Positions 46,801 through 59,195 of a stretch of 64,000 bases of DNA are shown here, piece after piece. The position numbers were made by a program, and so were the translations under genes. The DNA is taken from the NCBI GenBank assembly GCA_032718475.1, contig JAUCBJ010001318.1:56904-120903 (forward strand). Reading direction: 5' to 3'. The stretch comes from Nemertoderma westbladi (Eukaryota > Animalia > Xenacoelomorpha). Under the pieces are notes generated by a model. The model had not been told where the DNA came from and did no database searches. It worked only from the letters and a program-made list of their open reading frames with translations. Numbering within the stretch: position 1 is the first letter of the stretch; every line of letters begins with the position of its first letter.

Positions 46801-49800
46801 AAAAGCCTGGATGGTCATCCAATACTCCACCGGTTTCTGGTTGAGGTCTCCTTCAGGCCACCACAGAAATCGTAGGCTGTCTCGATCCCTATCCAGTGCC
46901 TTGACTTGTAAGAACATGCCTTCTATATCGGAGGCGAAAGCAATTGAATATTGTCGTAATCTTCAGAGTATTCCCAACAAGGACTGAAGCAAGTTGGGTC
47001 CTGGTAACAACTCGGAATTAAGGGATTGGCCCATGTAGAGGGCGGAGCCGTCGAATACTACTCGTACCTCATGAGGTTTACCGGGTTTGGGAACGTAATG
47101 ATGTGTCAAATAGTACATTCTTTCAGTTAGGGGTGTTCCTTCCGGTACTCGCTCCGCATATCCCTTATTAATGAATTTCTTCAACTGAGTCTGATACATT
47201 TCTTTAGCTGAAGCATTTGCCATAAGGCGTCGATGTAGTTGAGCAATTCTTTTCTCTGCCAAAGGTCTGTTGTTAATGAACTTTGGTTCTCGCTTTCGGA
47301 AAGGAAGACCGATCTCATATCTACCTTGATCTTTAAGAAAACGTGTAGTTGTCTCCTGGATCTGCTTGGCTCTTTCTTCTTCTACCAATAGGGCCTTATC
47401 GTAGGAATTGGGCTCCACAGCCTCTTGAGTAAAGAATCGTACGGCGTGTTCATCTCGAGTTTTCGCGTTATATCTCTCGATTACGTCATTCAGCTCGTCG
47501 TTATAGTTGACCTGTCCTGATGGACGAATGACTTGACATAGGTTCACTTGGTTTTGCCAAGTCTCGTTTTCCGTAAGGATATCGATTGTATTCTCTTCGT
47601 CGAAGAGCTGATGGATATCGTCATTATCTGAGCAGTATGGTGTTCCCTCAGTTGGGTCGTCAACTTCACTGCTCTCCACTTCCCATTCACTTAATTGATA
47701 TACCCGTTCTTGTGGTAATCTTTCCATTAGAGTTCTACGTGAAGGGCCAGTAAAGTACCAACCTACTCTAGTTCTTCCCGCATAGACTTGCAATGGTTGC
47801 GGTTGAGCAGGCCGTTTCGCTAATGTCTCAAGCACTTCATGCGCATTTTGGCCGATGAGTATTTGCACTCCAGGGTAATCTGTGTTGAATCTAGGTATAT
47901 TAAGCTGCTGGGTGGAATCGTCCTCATCCCAGTTATAAGGTTCTACTTGGCTGGTAGCGAAGTTCTTTATCGCCACCATTTTTACTGACCTTATACTATG
48001 TTCTCCTAGTTCGTCCTGGGGGGTGGACAACGCACCTACATAATAATCAGCTATTACTGTAGATTTCCAAACCTGCATAATTCCTGACATGTTTAACTTA
48101 GTTCGGAACTTGGGTTGTCCAGCAAAGATGTCTTCGGCTAGTTCTTTGTCGATGAATGTTCCTGTGCTACTGGAGTCAAGGAGGGCGTTCACTATATAAC
48201 TCCTTTTAGGTCCCGGGACTCTTAACTGCACTACTGGAAATTCTCGGATTCCTACATTGGAAGTTGGTGCTTTCCAAGATGGTTGTCGGTCAGAAGTAGT
48301 TAGGGGGAGCTCGCTGTCTGTGTCTTTTTCATACGTAAGTGCTCGATACACTGCAGTATTTATCAGGTAACAGGATTCGTTTTCATCGGAGAATTCGTCC
48401 GTATAGAATCCTTCCATCTCAGAACCTTGGTCAGTGTCGTTCACGTCACTGAATTGGACATGCAGTTCGGAATCACTTACCTGACTCGGGCTGTTTCGTT
48501 CGAATTCAGTGTGCAACAAGATATGATGTTTTGCGCCACACTTCGCACACGTTGCGTCGGAGTAACAGGTTCGCCTTTGGTGTCCTTGTCTGAGGCAATT
48601 ATAACACAACCGCTTATCCCACATGACTTCCCGTCTATCCTTTAATGATTTCTTTAGGAATTCATCACACACATTCAAACGGTGGGTCCCGTCACATAGC
48701 GCACATTTCGGTTTGATATTACTTATCTTATTTTGAGTAATGTTGTGCACACTCATTCTTTCTTCGGGCTTTCTTACCTGAATTCTCTTAGGAGACGTAG
48801 GAGGAGTTTTTCTTACCTGTTCTCTCCTGTCATTGGTTCGAGACTTGAATTTACTTACGTCTTTAGGCGTTTTATTGACATAATAAGATCTTTCAGTGTC
48901 TTTCCCGCTGTCTTCTTCTTGAGAAGCCTGGCTTTCGCCGTCGTCGGTATAACACACTGGTGTTACTTTTCTCCTAGAAACTGGTTTCTCACTTACCTTG
49001 TTTTCCGGTGTCTTCTCTCTGGACTGCTTTAGGAGCTGTAATTTCACTTCTCCATCTAAGAATGACATGAGATCAGCCATGGTAGGGTCTCGTCGTTGTT
49101 GTTCCATCATATATAACACTTTCTTATCCCGGCATGTACCTACTCCACGCTTAGGTAAAGTAGAGGCCACGGCTCCAATAACCATAGAACTCTGATATTC
49201 ATGAGACTTACCTAGCCAATCTAATTGTCTACAGATCTCCTGAATCTCATCGGAAAACTCGATAATCCCGCTGCTAATGAACTTTCGGGGCACTACCAAT
49301 TTTGCATACAAATACCTAGCTATGTTATTCCTATTACCATACCTGATGTTTAGTGTATCCCAAACTTGTCTTAATCCATCTGGATGTCCAATAAACTTTA
49401 ACGCCATTAACTTGGGAGATCCTTCCAAGCACTCGATGAGGAATCTCAGTTTCTCTCCGTTAGATAGCACAGAGTTCTGTATGTTATCTTTGTAATATTC
49501 ATTAAAAGGTAACCATTTCATCTCATCTCCATTGAACTTGACGATCTCTCCCACCTTTACCGCTTGACGAGCTTCGGTTCTAGCCATTTGACGCGTAAAA
49601 CTTTCTTGGGCCATCATGTTATTTAATATCGAGTTATCGGTATATAAATTTCTCGGATTATTATCAAGTCTATATGGAATATCATTGTCAACAGGTTTAT
49701 AATTACCCTTAATAGGGTTTACTATAGGAGTTTCCACTTCACTAGCAGTATAGATGCGTGTAGGCTCTACACCTTGTGCATGAGATACTTCAGACCTAAC

Positions 49801-51875
49801 AGGTTGACACATTGTTACCGGGGGTGGTGGTATACCTCTTTGGGTATTTACTAATTTATCGCGTTCTAACGCGATACTTTGCTGCACTTCATGCAACTCT
49901 AACCTACTTTCCCTTACTGTGCCTTTGAATTGCTGAACAGTCTCCTGCATCTGCCCGAGCAGGAGATCCATCCCCCGTCGTCTCTCGTTGTAGCGGGTGG
50001 ACGAGGGACAACAGGCGACAAATCATTAATATTTCGCTCGGAGTCCAGGACATGAACATTTTCAGGGATGGTTCTGTGGGGCACAGGTAGCTTAGTGCTG
50101 TGCAGAGGGAATTTAGAGGTAAGTTCTGGGAGTACAGGTGTCTCTATCACCAAAGGGGTGGCGTCGAGAACAGGCCTAATTATTTCAGGTTCATCTACTA
50201 TAGTAGGGAGTCTTTCTATTTTAATTGTTTGGTCTGTGGGTTCTGTACTACCTAAGTCTGGGTTAGTTAGTTGCTTTCTAACAGCTGGGGGCAAATCAGG
50301 CAATTTCTGACGGTGGGACATTCTTCTACGCCTACTTAGACGAGATCTATTTCCTCCGCCTTCAAGATATGTGGTATCGCCTTCATCAGATGATGTAAAT
50401 CCCTGTCGTTTGGGAGTAGATCGACTCATCATCTGCATTTGACTAGCTGTTAACTGTTTATTGAAGTTGTCCTGCCTCTCTTGAAGATTTTCCAACTCTA
50501 ATTGGGTTGTCTCTTCAGATGCCCTCCGTTCTGCTTCTGCCACTGCCACTTTTCTTTCTGCTTCTGCCGATGCTATTGCCGCCTTTCTTTCCACTTCGGC
50601 CGCTTTTCTTTCCGCTTCTGCCGCTGCCATTGCCGCTTTCTTTTCCACTTCTGCTGGCTTTCTTTCCGCTTCTGCTTCTGCCGCTGCCGCTGCTGCTGTC
50701 TTTCTGTCTTCTATACGTTTTTTCCTTACTTGTTCCTCTTGAACCTTAGTGATGCGGATGCTTTCATCGAATTTAGCTTGGTTCGCAGCTAACATATCCG
50801 CATCGATTGCGTCCAACACAAGCTTGGCTCCTTCACTATTAGGGCTAAGTCCATCCAGCCGTCTCCTCAACTCTTCGTCCCCTACAAATCGTTGATAGTC
50901 TGACAGATAGATGTCAATAGCATCCCTCTTATGCGGTTTCTCTGCTGTCGCTTCGCTTTCCACTTGGGAAAAGGTAGCGTCTGTTGATTCTCCATGGGTT
51001 GAGCGCTCATCCAACTGAGATTTCCACGGGGCAGTTCTTTGAACTTGGAGACTCACCCGCTGAAACCAAGTCTTTACGGCAACTTGCAACGACGTGTCTT
51101 GTCTTCTTTTCGAAGCCTCCTCAAAGGCAGATAAGATTAGTCTGATTCTTAGAATTCTTTCTCTAACTTGATAAAGCAGCTCTCCCTGCTCTTGAGGTCC
51201 TTGTGGTTGTCGAAACAATTGTTCCTCTAATCGCTCCATAGAGCTGAAGAATCCCTGTACGTATCCGGCTGCTGACCTCTTCCATACAGCTGGATCGCTG
51301 GTTTCTTTTGTCACTCCCATCCTGTGTATGTCTTCCCAGGCAGCTTCCGATATGTCAAACGGGAGTCCCGGTCCGGGGAAGTTCCATTGCGACTCGACAA
51401 TAGACTTCAGTTCTTCCCTTGTATATCCCGCATAACTATCCTTGGTCGATCGCTTACTTCTCGCCCAATCAATCTGGTGTTCCTCCACCGCAATCAATAC
51501 CCTAGTGAGTATGGCTGCAGGAAGGATGAGAAGGGGATCCGAATAAACCGCATCTGCCATCTTAGCTCCGCGCTCGGGTGTCAGCTCTACGGTATCCGCA
51601 CTACTGGAGCTGTCGGGCCGCCGAGAAATAAGTTCTCGGCTCGAGTGTTGCTGCTGTTCCGCTGCTTCTTGGTCCCGCTTGACCTGAGCTCGAGTGCCTA
51701 TGATAGACCTACGGTGTTGGACTAGCCTAGGGTCTGATACTACTACTGGAGGGATGATCTTTCTTACAGTAGGAGGTGAGTTGAACTTCGGTCTCACACG
51801 TTCCACACTCCTGTCTGGGTCACAGATGGTTGTATCTAGGAGACTGTCTGACAGGTTTTGCTTTGTGTCAGACAT
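43843..51875 (-). pseudogene. BEL/Pao gag-pol polyprotein (Gag zinc knuckles, protease, RT, RNase H, integrase) with one frameshift (~49975) and two in-frame TGA codons (46963, 44005)
   Basis: Triple knuckle CALCDGTH..C / CYNCLRQGH..C / CAKCGAKHHILLH; ALLDSSS; RVVFD, YMDD; LHVFGDAS, RAEL, YWTD; H..H..CIPC, GVDLFGP, SDKGTNF, WGGSWERL. Confidence 0.96.
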
Positions 51876-52004
51876 GTTTGTTTGTACAGTTGAATGCCTA
51901 CTGCTATATTACAGCTTAAGTAAGTCTAGTAATTCAGTATCACCGTTAGCCTAGTAATTAATTACCGATATCGTTACTCTATGTAACGTGATATATATAC
52001 AATA

Positions 52005-52395
52005 TATTAGAATACCGGTATACAATTATAGTATGTATATAAGTATTATTACAGAATAGGTTTGTCACAGAATACCGGTATATAATTTCAGCACAAATAT
52101 ATAGAAATATATGATAGGCCTATCGTGAATACCGGTATATGACTTACACTTATAGTATATAAGTATAATTATAGACTAGAATTAATTACAGAATACCGGT
52201 ATATAATTTCAGCACAAATATATAGAAATATATAATAGGCCTATCGCAAATACCGGTATATGACTTACACTTATAGTATATATAAGTATAATTATAGACT
52301 AGAATTAATTACAGAATACCGGTATATAATGTCAGCACAAATATATAGAAATATATAATATAATAAGCCTATTGTAAATACCGGTATATCAATTA
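52005..52395. repeat. Tandem ATACCGGTAT-containing ~60-bp repeats in the BEL 5' UTR
   Basis: Seven ATACCGGTAT cores at ~60-bp spacing; counterpart at 58810-59065 in copy 2. Confidence 0.8.
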
Positions 52396-53339
52396 TTTTA
52401 GAATAATTGAATTTCTGAATTTTTAGGGGTTACTTGGTTACTTTACTTTACTTGATTACCGTTATTTAAGCAGTAGTCCAACTGATATTAAGACCTAATT
52501 GATGTATGACAGGCCTATTATTTTAAAAATCGGTTTGAGTTGATTTATAATATTTGTGTACCCGTTTAATGGGTTTTGTCAATATTTGAAATAAATGTTA
52601 TTATTTCTGGGAAGGAGTCACTGCACAGAAGCTGTATGCTCTCAGTGAAGTGCTACTTGTTGGACACTAAAACAAATAATTCTAATTTACCTAAGTTACT
52701 TAATACTACAAATTACGTACAATACGGGGTTAGATTACAATCTCTAAATAAACACAAAAATTACACGTACGAATTTTTAGGGTAATTTTACAAGAAGTCT
52801 ACAAACCAGCCTAACAAAGGGTTAGAATATCTGGTTATTGCAACGGACAGGGTACTACAGTATTTGAAAATAACAAAGCAGTAGTAAATATACTGTGTTG
52901 TCCAGATAGGAAAAATACCACCGTCTGACGACTTATAGCCGTATCGCTATAAGTACTACGTTATGTATCACGGAGTGTTCCTACCTAGAAGTTAATTACC
53001 GCGGTCTACCAGAACCAACGTGCCTATTAACCACTTTACAACACAAATATACTGCCTACACACTAATTACCTTCGGAAAGTATTGTACACTAAACCCTAA
53101 ATTAGGTACAAGTACTTATACAACAAATAACTAGCAGTTAGAAATACTTGTACAGCTAAAAGAACCACGGCATCTGCTGGAGTGACCGGGGCACAAAATC
53201 ACCAGTCTTTACCTACGCCAAGCAGCCCTGATGTAGTACCGGGGTTAATTTAACTATAACGGTATATATAACAAGCACAATTACTGTAGGAATAAACTTG
53301 GGGATATGAATGTTGCGAATAATCGCATAAACTCTGAAT

Positions 53340-53920
53340 AATAAATATTACGCTGCGCGTACAGACTACTCAAACAAAATGCAGACCAAATGCTGACAGA
53401 CTACTATCAAGCCTAAACAAACTACGGTATATGCAGACTCCGAAATGGTTAGTTAGTATGCGTTCTAACCGAGTAGTACGACTTATTCTTTCAGGGGGAT
53501 TGACCTCACAACACTGGAAGCCCCTACGTTCCTAACTAGTACTTTATCGGACATACACTCTACACACACCGCAATCTCTTCAGACCTAACAACAGCAAGG
53601 CAACAATCCAGCCTACAGATTATCTAAATAAGAAATATTACGCTACCCGAACAGACTACACATACAAAATACAGACCAAACGCTGGCAGACTACTATCAA
53701 GCCTAATCAAACTACAGTATATGCAGACTCCGAAATGGTTAGTTAGTATGCGTTCTAACCGAGTAGTACGACTTATTCTTTCGAGGGGATTTACCTCACA
53801 GCACTGGAAGCCCCTACGTTCCTAACTAGTACTTTTTCGGACATACGCTCTACACACACTACAATCTCCTCAGACTTAACAACAGTCAGACAACAGTCCA
53901 GCCTACAAATTATCTGTATA
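53340..53920. repeat. ~290-bp tandem duplication in the BEL 5' leader
   Basis: GCAGACTCCGAAATGGTTAGTTAGTATGCGTTCTAACCGAGTAGTACGAC occurs at 53433 and 53723; counterpart duplication at ~57310-57870. Confidence 0.85.
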
Positions 53921-54225
53921 ATCTGGGCAGGCTTACACGTCTTCTGCTCAATATTAACCTACAAGTAAATAAAACTGACAGAAATAAGTAAGCTCCAAAA
54001 GAAACAAGGGGTGTACAGTCCCTAATCTCTTAAACAGCCTACCGGTATACAATATCACAATCGAAATAATACTAGTACCTGTACTGCAGTAAGTACCGGT
54101 TCGGGTGGTTAGGTAGTTAGGCCTACTAGTTACCAGTCGACCGGTACTTTTGCCCTTTTATTGCCTACGTGCAATAAAGAAACGTATATCTGTTATTGTT
54201 CGCGCTTTCAGACCTTTAGCAGTTT

Positions 54226-54957
54226 AACCTGCCAAATTTAGATGTCTTCTAGATTATAAATCGACTTTAGCCTATGCCAAATATTTGATACACTACATTA
54301 GCCGAAGCCAGTCTATGCGCGACCATTCACCCGCTGGATATACCCAGGAGACTGGATTCGGAAGCTTGACCTTATTGCGGTGTAGGCCTACTGTATTATT
54401 CGACTGATCGTTAAGATATAATTTCTGACCAATATTATTCACTTTCGGGAAATATTAACAGTTCCTTTAGGACGTGGCGCTCTAAATATATAAACAGAGT
54501 TATGTCTTACACTAGACACAACGGGATGGCTATAGATTCACGTATAAAGCGCATTCTTTAGGAGATGCTTTGTTATCAATCACAATCATGCATACTACCG
54601 CACAATACTGCACAATGATCTGCCGACCTTCAGTAATTTTAGTTACATATAAAGAGAACAGTAACCGACTCATGTAGTGCCTATGAAATAGCATTAGATT
54701 CACTCCAAAACCACTTTAATGTAAGTCGCAATTGTTATATGTAACCGGTCTCTCTTACCTTCAGTATATCAAGAAGATTGAGGGTTTTATAATTAATTTA
54801 TCGATATTATCCAATATAATAATATTCCATCAACTGATATAATTAATGACCGACAGTAAATAGCAGTAAAAATGCGGTGTTTGTAGTTGACAATATGATA
54901 ATTATGTAGTGATATGGTTTGGTTTATAATGGTATGATATGTGTGGTTTGGTTTGTA
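54226..54957 (-). repeat. Part of the 5' LTR of BEL copy 1, interrupted at 54957 by a LINE
   Basis: Near-identical to 36649-37380. Confidence 0.9.
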
Positions 54958-55696
54958 GCTGTAGCCCCCGCAACTGATAGATATGAGTATGAGAACCCTC
55001 CAGGAGAAATACCGGCTCGGTCGTCGCCCGGGTCAACAAGGACCGCGTCCCTCAGTGGTACACCAGGCTGGGGTCGATAAATTGGCTACTGGAACAGAAG
55101 ACAGAGAAGAAAGAAGAACCAACCTGTTGAAATGTAAAAAGGCACTAAAGATTGCTACAATGAATGCACGCACGCTGAAAGCACAGAGCAAACAGGGTGA
55201 CACGGTTGCTTTGGCAATGGAATATAACATCGACATCATCTGCATCCAAGAACATCGGATTTGTCATGAAGACACTGCCATGAAGTACAATGACATTGGA
55301 AATGGATGGACGTTAGTAACAAGCTCAGCAGTAAGAAACTCGGCCAATGCATCAATTGGTGGAGTAGGAATTCTGCTAAGCCCATTTGCACTTAAGACCC
55401 TAAACAACATCGAATCTATAAATTCCAGGGTTATGATCGCAACATTTGATGGGAATCCCAAGACAACAGTTATATGTTGCTACAGTCCAACCAATGCATC
55501 AGAGCCAGAACAAGCAGTCAAGTTTTATGAAGAACTGACTGGACTTATTAAGGACATCCCGAAACACAATGTTAAAGTCATTGCTGGTGACCTGAATGCG
55601 CAAATTTGCCCAGAAGACATCAAGGGTTACACCTATAACACCAGTTCTAACAGAAATGGGTACTTACTCTTAGACCTAATGGAAGAATGTGAATTG
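54958..55696 (+). mobile_element. 5' end of a non-LTR retrotransposon (APE endonuclease; RTE-like layout), interrupted by BEL copy 2
   Basis: IATMNARTL, DIICIQEHR, GGVGILLS, CYSPTN, AGDLNAQ, NRNG motifs; reading frame breaks at the TGTAAAAGC LTR start. Confidence 0.9.
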
Positions 55697-58600
55697 TGTA
55701 AAAGCTTCTGTGGGATATAACTGGCCCCTTTTGCTTCGCAATCCAGTTTCCCCCCAGGCGCTGGAATACTCTAAAAAGGTTCTCTAACTGTATATATATT
55801 CCCCTCGCCCGCAAGGTACCGTTACAGGTGTTTTAACGGACATAAAAGTCATTCTGCTATATACGTGTTTTGGCGACATGGTAAGGCAAAAAACCTGTAA
55901 TGCACCAACTACCTTTCACAGCTTAGCCGTGATGATTCATATTACGACATCTAACAGCTGGTTGCTGACATGGAAACAGCCATTGGATGCATGGTTCTTT
56001 GTTTGGCTTGAGCCAATCAGAGCGATTTTTCCTGTCGACGTGTAGCTTTTCAGCCGATCATAAGGAGAGTGTTCAGTCTTACTGCCTTACTTGATACTTT
56101 GTTGTTATTGCTGTCTAAGCCAGAAACACCGGCTTTTTGGGAAGAACTCTAGTAAACTGCTTAGATTATAGAAAGTATAACTGTTACCGGCGGTGTTACC
56201 TCACTTAATTTAACTGCACTAATCATATTGTTTGTACTGCTATTTACCGTCAGTTATTAATTGTATCTATTTGTTGATGGAAATATTGCTCTTTGGAGAA
56301 TACGGATAAATCACCCAAAATTCCCAATTTTCTTGATACACTACAGGTTAGAGAGGCGGGCTATATATAACAATTGCGATTTATATCAATGTGGTGTGTA
56401 TTGAATCTAATGTTATTTAGTAGACACTACCTGAGTCAATTGCTGTTCTCTTTCTGTGTGATCAAATATACTGACGGTCGGCAGAATAGTGTGCATGATT
56501 GTGAGTGTGATGTGACTGGTAACAAAGCATTTCCTAAAGAATGCGACTTATACTTTAATCATAAGCCTTATCGTTGCGTTTAGTATAAGTCCTAGCTCTG
56601 TTTAAATAGATAGAGCGCCACGTCCTAAAGGAACTGTTAATATTTCCCGAAAGTTAATAATATCTGTCAGAAATTAATTATTAGTGATCTATCGAATAAT
56701 ACAATAGGTTTACACTGCAACCTTACACTGCAATAATAAAATCTAAGCATCCGAATTCAGCCTCCCGGGTGTAGATCCATCGGGTGAATGATCGCGCATG
56801 GGCTGGCTTCGGCTAATGTTTTGTTTATTAGCATAAAATATTGTCGTATGCTAAAGGTGTGTTAATTAACTAAAAGACATATAAATTTTGGCAGGTTAAA
56901 CTGCTAAAGGTCTTCAAAAGCGCGAACAGTAACAGTTATAATCTTATTGCAGTAGGCAATAAGGTTGCAAGTGTAGGCATTAAATACAGTTTAATACTGT
57001 TCTGTCGAACAGTAACAGTTAACGATCTTATTGCAGTAAGCAATAAGGTTGCAAAATACCGTAGTGACCGGTAAAACTGAACCGGTACTTCTGCAGGTCA
57101 GTAGGCCTAACTGTCATCACCGGTACCGGTACTGCTGTACAAGTACATTTAGTATTATTTCGATTGTGATCTATTGTATATTGTAGGCTGCCAGGGGAAT
57201 AGGGATTGATCACCCCTCATTCTTTTGTATAGTTTACTTATTTCTGTCGGTTTTATTTACTAGTAGGCTAATATTGAGCAGAAGGCGTGTGACCCTGCTC
57301 AGATTGTTCAGATAATTGTAGGCTGAGCTGCTGTCTGACTGTTGTTGAGTTTGGAGAGATTACGGCGTGTGTAGAGTTGGTCTGATCAAGTGCCGTTAGT
57401 AAGTTGGGGCAGCCATATGCTGAAGGTCAATCCCCTCTTAAAGAATAAGTCGTACTACCGTGTTAGAACGCATACTAACTAACAGTTTCAGAGTCTGCAT
57501 ATACTGTAGTTTATCTAGGCTTGATCGTAGTCTGCCAGTGTTTTAGCCTGAGTTTGTTTGTGCGGTCTGTTCAGGTACCGTAATAGTTATTACTCAAATA
57601 TTTGTAGGCTGGATTGTTGTCTAGCTATTCTTAGGCCTGAAGGGATTGCTGCGTGTGTAGAGTTGGTCTGATAAAGTGCCGTTAGTAAGTTGGGGCAGCC
57701 ATAAGCGGTAAGGTCAATCCCCTCTTAAAGAGTAAGTCGTACTACCGTGATAGAACGCATACTAACTAACAGTTTCAGAATCTGCACATACTGTAGTTTG
57801 TTTAGGCTTGATAGTAGTCTGCCAGCGTTTGGTTTGTATTTTGTTTGAGTATTCTGTACGGGTAGCGTATTATTTATTATTCAGAGTTTATGCGATTATT
57901 CGCAACATTCATGTCCCCAAGTTTATTCCTACAGTAATTGTGCTTGTTATACATACCGTTATAGTTAAACTAACCCCGGTACTACATCAGGGCTGCTCGG
58001 CGTAGGTAAAGACTGGAGATTTTGTGCTTCGGTCACTCCAGCAGATGCCGTGGTTCTTTTAACTGTTCAAGTATATTTAACTACTGATTATTTGTTATAC
58101 CGGTACTTGTACCTAATTTAGGGTTTAGTGTACAGTGCTTTCCGAAGTAATTAGTGTAGGCAGTATATTTGTGTTGTAAAGTGGTTGATAGGCACATTCG
58201 TTAGCTCTATTAGCTTCTGGGTAGGAACAATCCGTGATACATAACGTAGTACCTATAGCGATACGGTTATAGGTCGTCAGGCGGTGGTATTTTCCTATCT
58301 GGACAGTACAATATATTTACTACTACTTATTATTTAAATACCGTAGTACCCTGTCCTTTGTAATAACCAGAAATCTAACCCTTTGTTGGACTGGTTTGTA
58401 GACTTCCTGTAAAATTACCCTAAAAATTTCGTACGTAATATTTTTGTTGTGTTTAATTAGAGAATTAATCTCACCCGTATCGTAAGTAATTTGTAGTATT
58501 AAGTAACTTAGGTAAATTAGAATTATCAGTTTTAGTGTCAAATAAATAGCACTTCACTGAGAGGCGTTCAGCTTCTGTGTAGTGACTCCCCCAGAAATAA

Positions 58601-59195
58601 TAACATTTATTTCAAATATTGACAAAACCCTTTTAAACGGGTATATAAATATTATAAATCAACTCAAACGATTTATAAATAGTAGGCCTGCCATACAACA
58701 ACTAGGTCTCAATATCAGTTGGACTGCTGCTTAAATAACGGTAATAAAGTAAGTTAAAGTAACCAAGTAACCCTAAAATATTCAGAAATTCAATTATTCT
58801 AAAATAATTGACATACCGGTATTTACCATAGGCTTATTATATTTATTTCTATAAATTTGAGCCGAAATCATACCGGTATTCTGTAATTAATTCTAGTAAT
58901 AATTATACTTATATATACTATAAGTGTCAGCTGTATACCGGTATTCACGATAGGCCTATTATATATTTATATATATTTGTGCTAAAATTATATACCGGTA
59001 CTCTGTGACAAATCTAGTCTGTAATAATACTTATATATATATTATAAGCATACCGGTATTCTAATATATTATATATATATCACGCTACACTGAGTAGCAG
59101 TATCGGTAATTAATTATTAGGCTAACAGTGATACTGAATTACTAGACTTGCTTTAACTGTAATATAGCAGTAGGCATTCGACTGTACAATCAAAC

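Larger units (their letters stand above)
36649..54957 (-). mobile_element. BEL/Pao LTR retrotransposon copy 1 (>18 kb) with an additional large 3' ORF
   Basis: Direct repeats 36649-37380 and 54226-54957; gag-pol with BEL signatures; PPT next to the 3' LTR. Confidence 0.94.

Noticed and set aside
49914-49971. Programmed ribosomal frameshift between the 653-aa and 1002-aa ORFs
   Set aside because: Copy 2 reads through this point in one frame (…PATMLATPASAVEWVEEGRRGMNLLLGQ…), so copy 1 carries a deletion mutation.
54958-55090. HDV-like or hammerhead ribozyme at the LINE 5' end
   Set aside because: Some pairing is possible (GTAGCC/GGCTAC), but I could not build the full pseudoknot or a CUGANGA...GAAA core by eye; needs a covariance search.
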